DNA of 64,000 nucleotides from Candidatus Binatia bacterium (GTDB lineage Bacteria; Eisenbacteria; RBG-16-71-46; SZUA-252): NCBI GenBank assembly GCA_035631035.1, contig DASQJL010000096.1, positions 1,234 to 65,233 of the forward strand, read 5' to 3'. Shown piece by piece: positions 63,864 to 64,000 of this stretch (position 1 is its first letter; each line of letters starts with the position of its first letter). The notes under the pieces were generated by a model. It saw only the letters and a program-made list of their open reading frames with translations, ran no database searches and was not told where the DNA came from. The position numbers and the translations under genes were made by a program.

Positions 63864-64000
63864 CTAGTGTTGGATGGAAGTTGCTTCCGGCCGGTTCTCC
63901 TTTCCGGCCATCAGGATGATGCGCCCTCGCTCCCTGCGAACCTGTACGCCCATCGGGAAATCGGCCGAGCGGCCGCGGCGGTCGTTCGCGAGGGAATGCA
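63864..64000 (-). CDS. 3-prime end of an unidentified gene upstream of ftsH (partial; runs off window end)
   Basis: Open high-GC3 frame ending in TAG at 63864-63866 (...RRERGRIILMAGKENRPEATSIQH*). Only about 45 codons are visible. Confidence 0.3.
   Translation of the reverse strand, partial: HSLANDRRGRSADFPMGVQVRRERGRIILMAGKENRPEATSIQH

Overview
This 64 kb window is a roughly 70% GC bacterial chromosomal segment with dense, mostly non-overlapping genes. I saw no rRNA or tRNA, no CRISPR array and no transposase or integrase. Many of the longest ORFs in the supplied six-frame track are Arg/Pro/Gly-rich antisense artefacts and are not called; real genes were recognised by conserved motifs, and internal starts were placed by codon arithmetic from the ORF track.

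What the window contains:
- A cell-envelope and protease block on the minus strand (M23 peptidase fragment, serine D-Ala-D-Ala carboxypeptidase, secreted PDZ protein, beta-helix protein, a large two-module M16 zinc peptidase, rlmD).
- An orphan sensor histidine kinase, then an AT-rich island carrying two tandem paralogous mini-ORFs, then lon.
- asd, a histidine phosphatase, a TolB-like propeller, two cupredoxin-like proteins, and a beta-ketoacyl-ACP synthase overlapping an SRPBCC gene.
- A subtilisin carrying a T9SS-type C-terminal sorting domain, and an orphan MalK-type ABC ATPase.
- A 17-gene co-directional minus-strand run (21964-36705) that includes two DinB/YfiT-like proteins, a Nudix hydrolase, methyltransferases, and a HipA-like kinase followed by a DUF3037-like protein.
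- An SOS/DNA-damage island: lexA plus a co-transcribed small protein, then dinB translationally coupled to a DUF72 gene, then a MrfA/MrfB-like helicase-exonuclease pair.
- Two CspA-type cold-shock genes; one sits behind a promoter-plus-terminator-bracketed noncoding segment and a zinc-ribbon gene.
- A second, non-catalytic two-module M16 protein, a GT2 glycosyltransferase, cdaA, folP and ftsH.

The most notable observations:
- Two near-consensus sigma-70 promoters (TTGACA-N17-TATCTT and TTGACA-N17-TATCGT) share an identical 16-nt stretch, CTTGACAACTGCACAAA. Each carries a TGCAC-N4-GTGCA palindrome in its spacer, the Fibrobacter/FCB-type LexA box. They sit directly upstream of lexA and dinB and define a compact SOS regulon here.
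- A candidate small RNA or attenuator leader of about 160 nt (53920-54078) lies between a consensus promoter and an intrinsic terminator.
- The AT-rich island between the orphan kinase and lon carries two paralogous membrane mini-protein genes. It also contains a pUC-polylinker-like string (GGTACCCGGGGATC), which could mean vector contamination or a construct scar.
- The HipA-like kinase / DUF3037 / hypothetical operon is a candidate toxin-antitoxin or signalling module.

The T9SS-type sorting domain and the LexA-box type together suggest an FCB-superphylum, possibly Gemmatimonadetes-like, origin. That is inference only.
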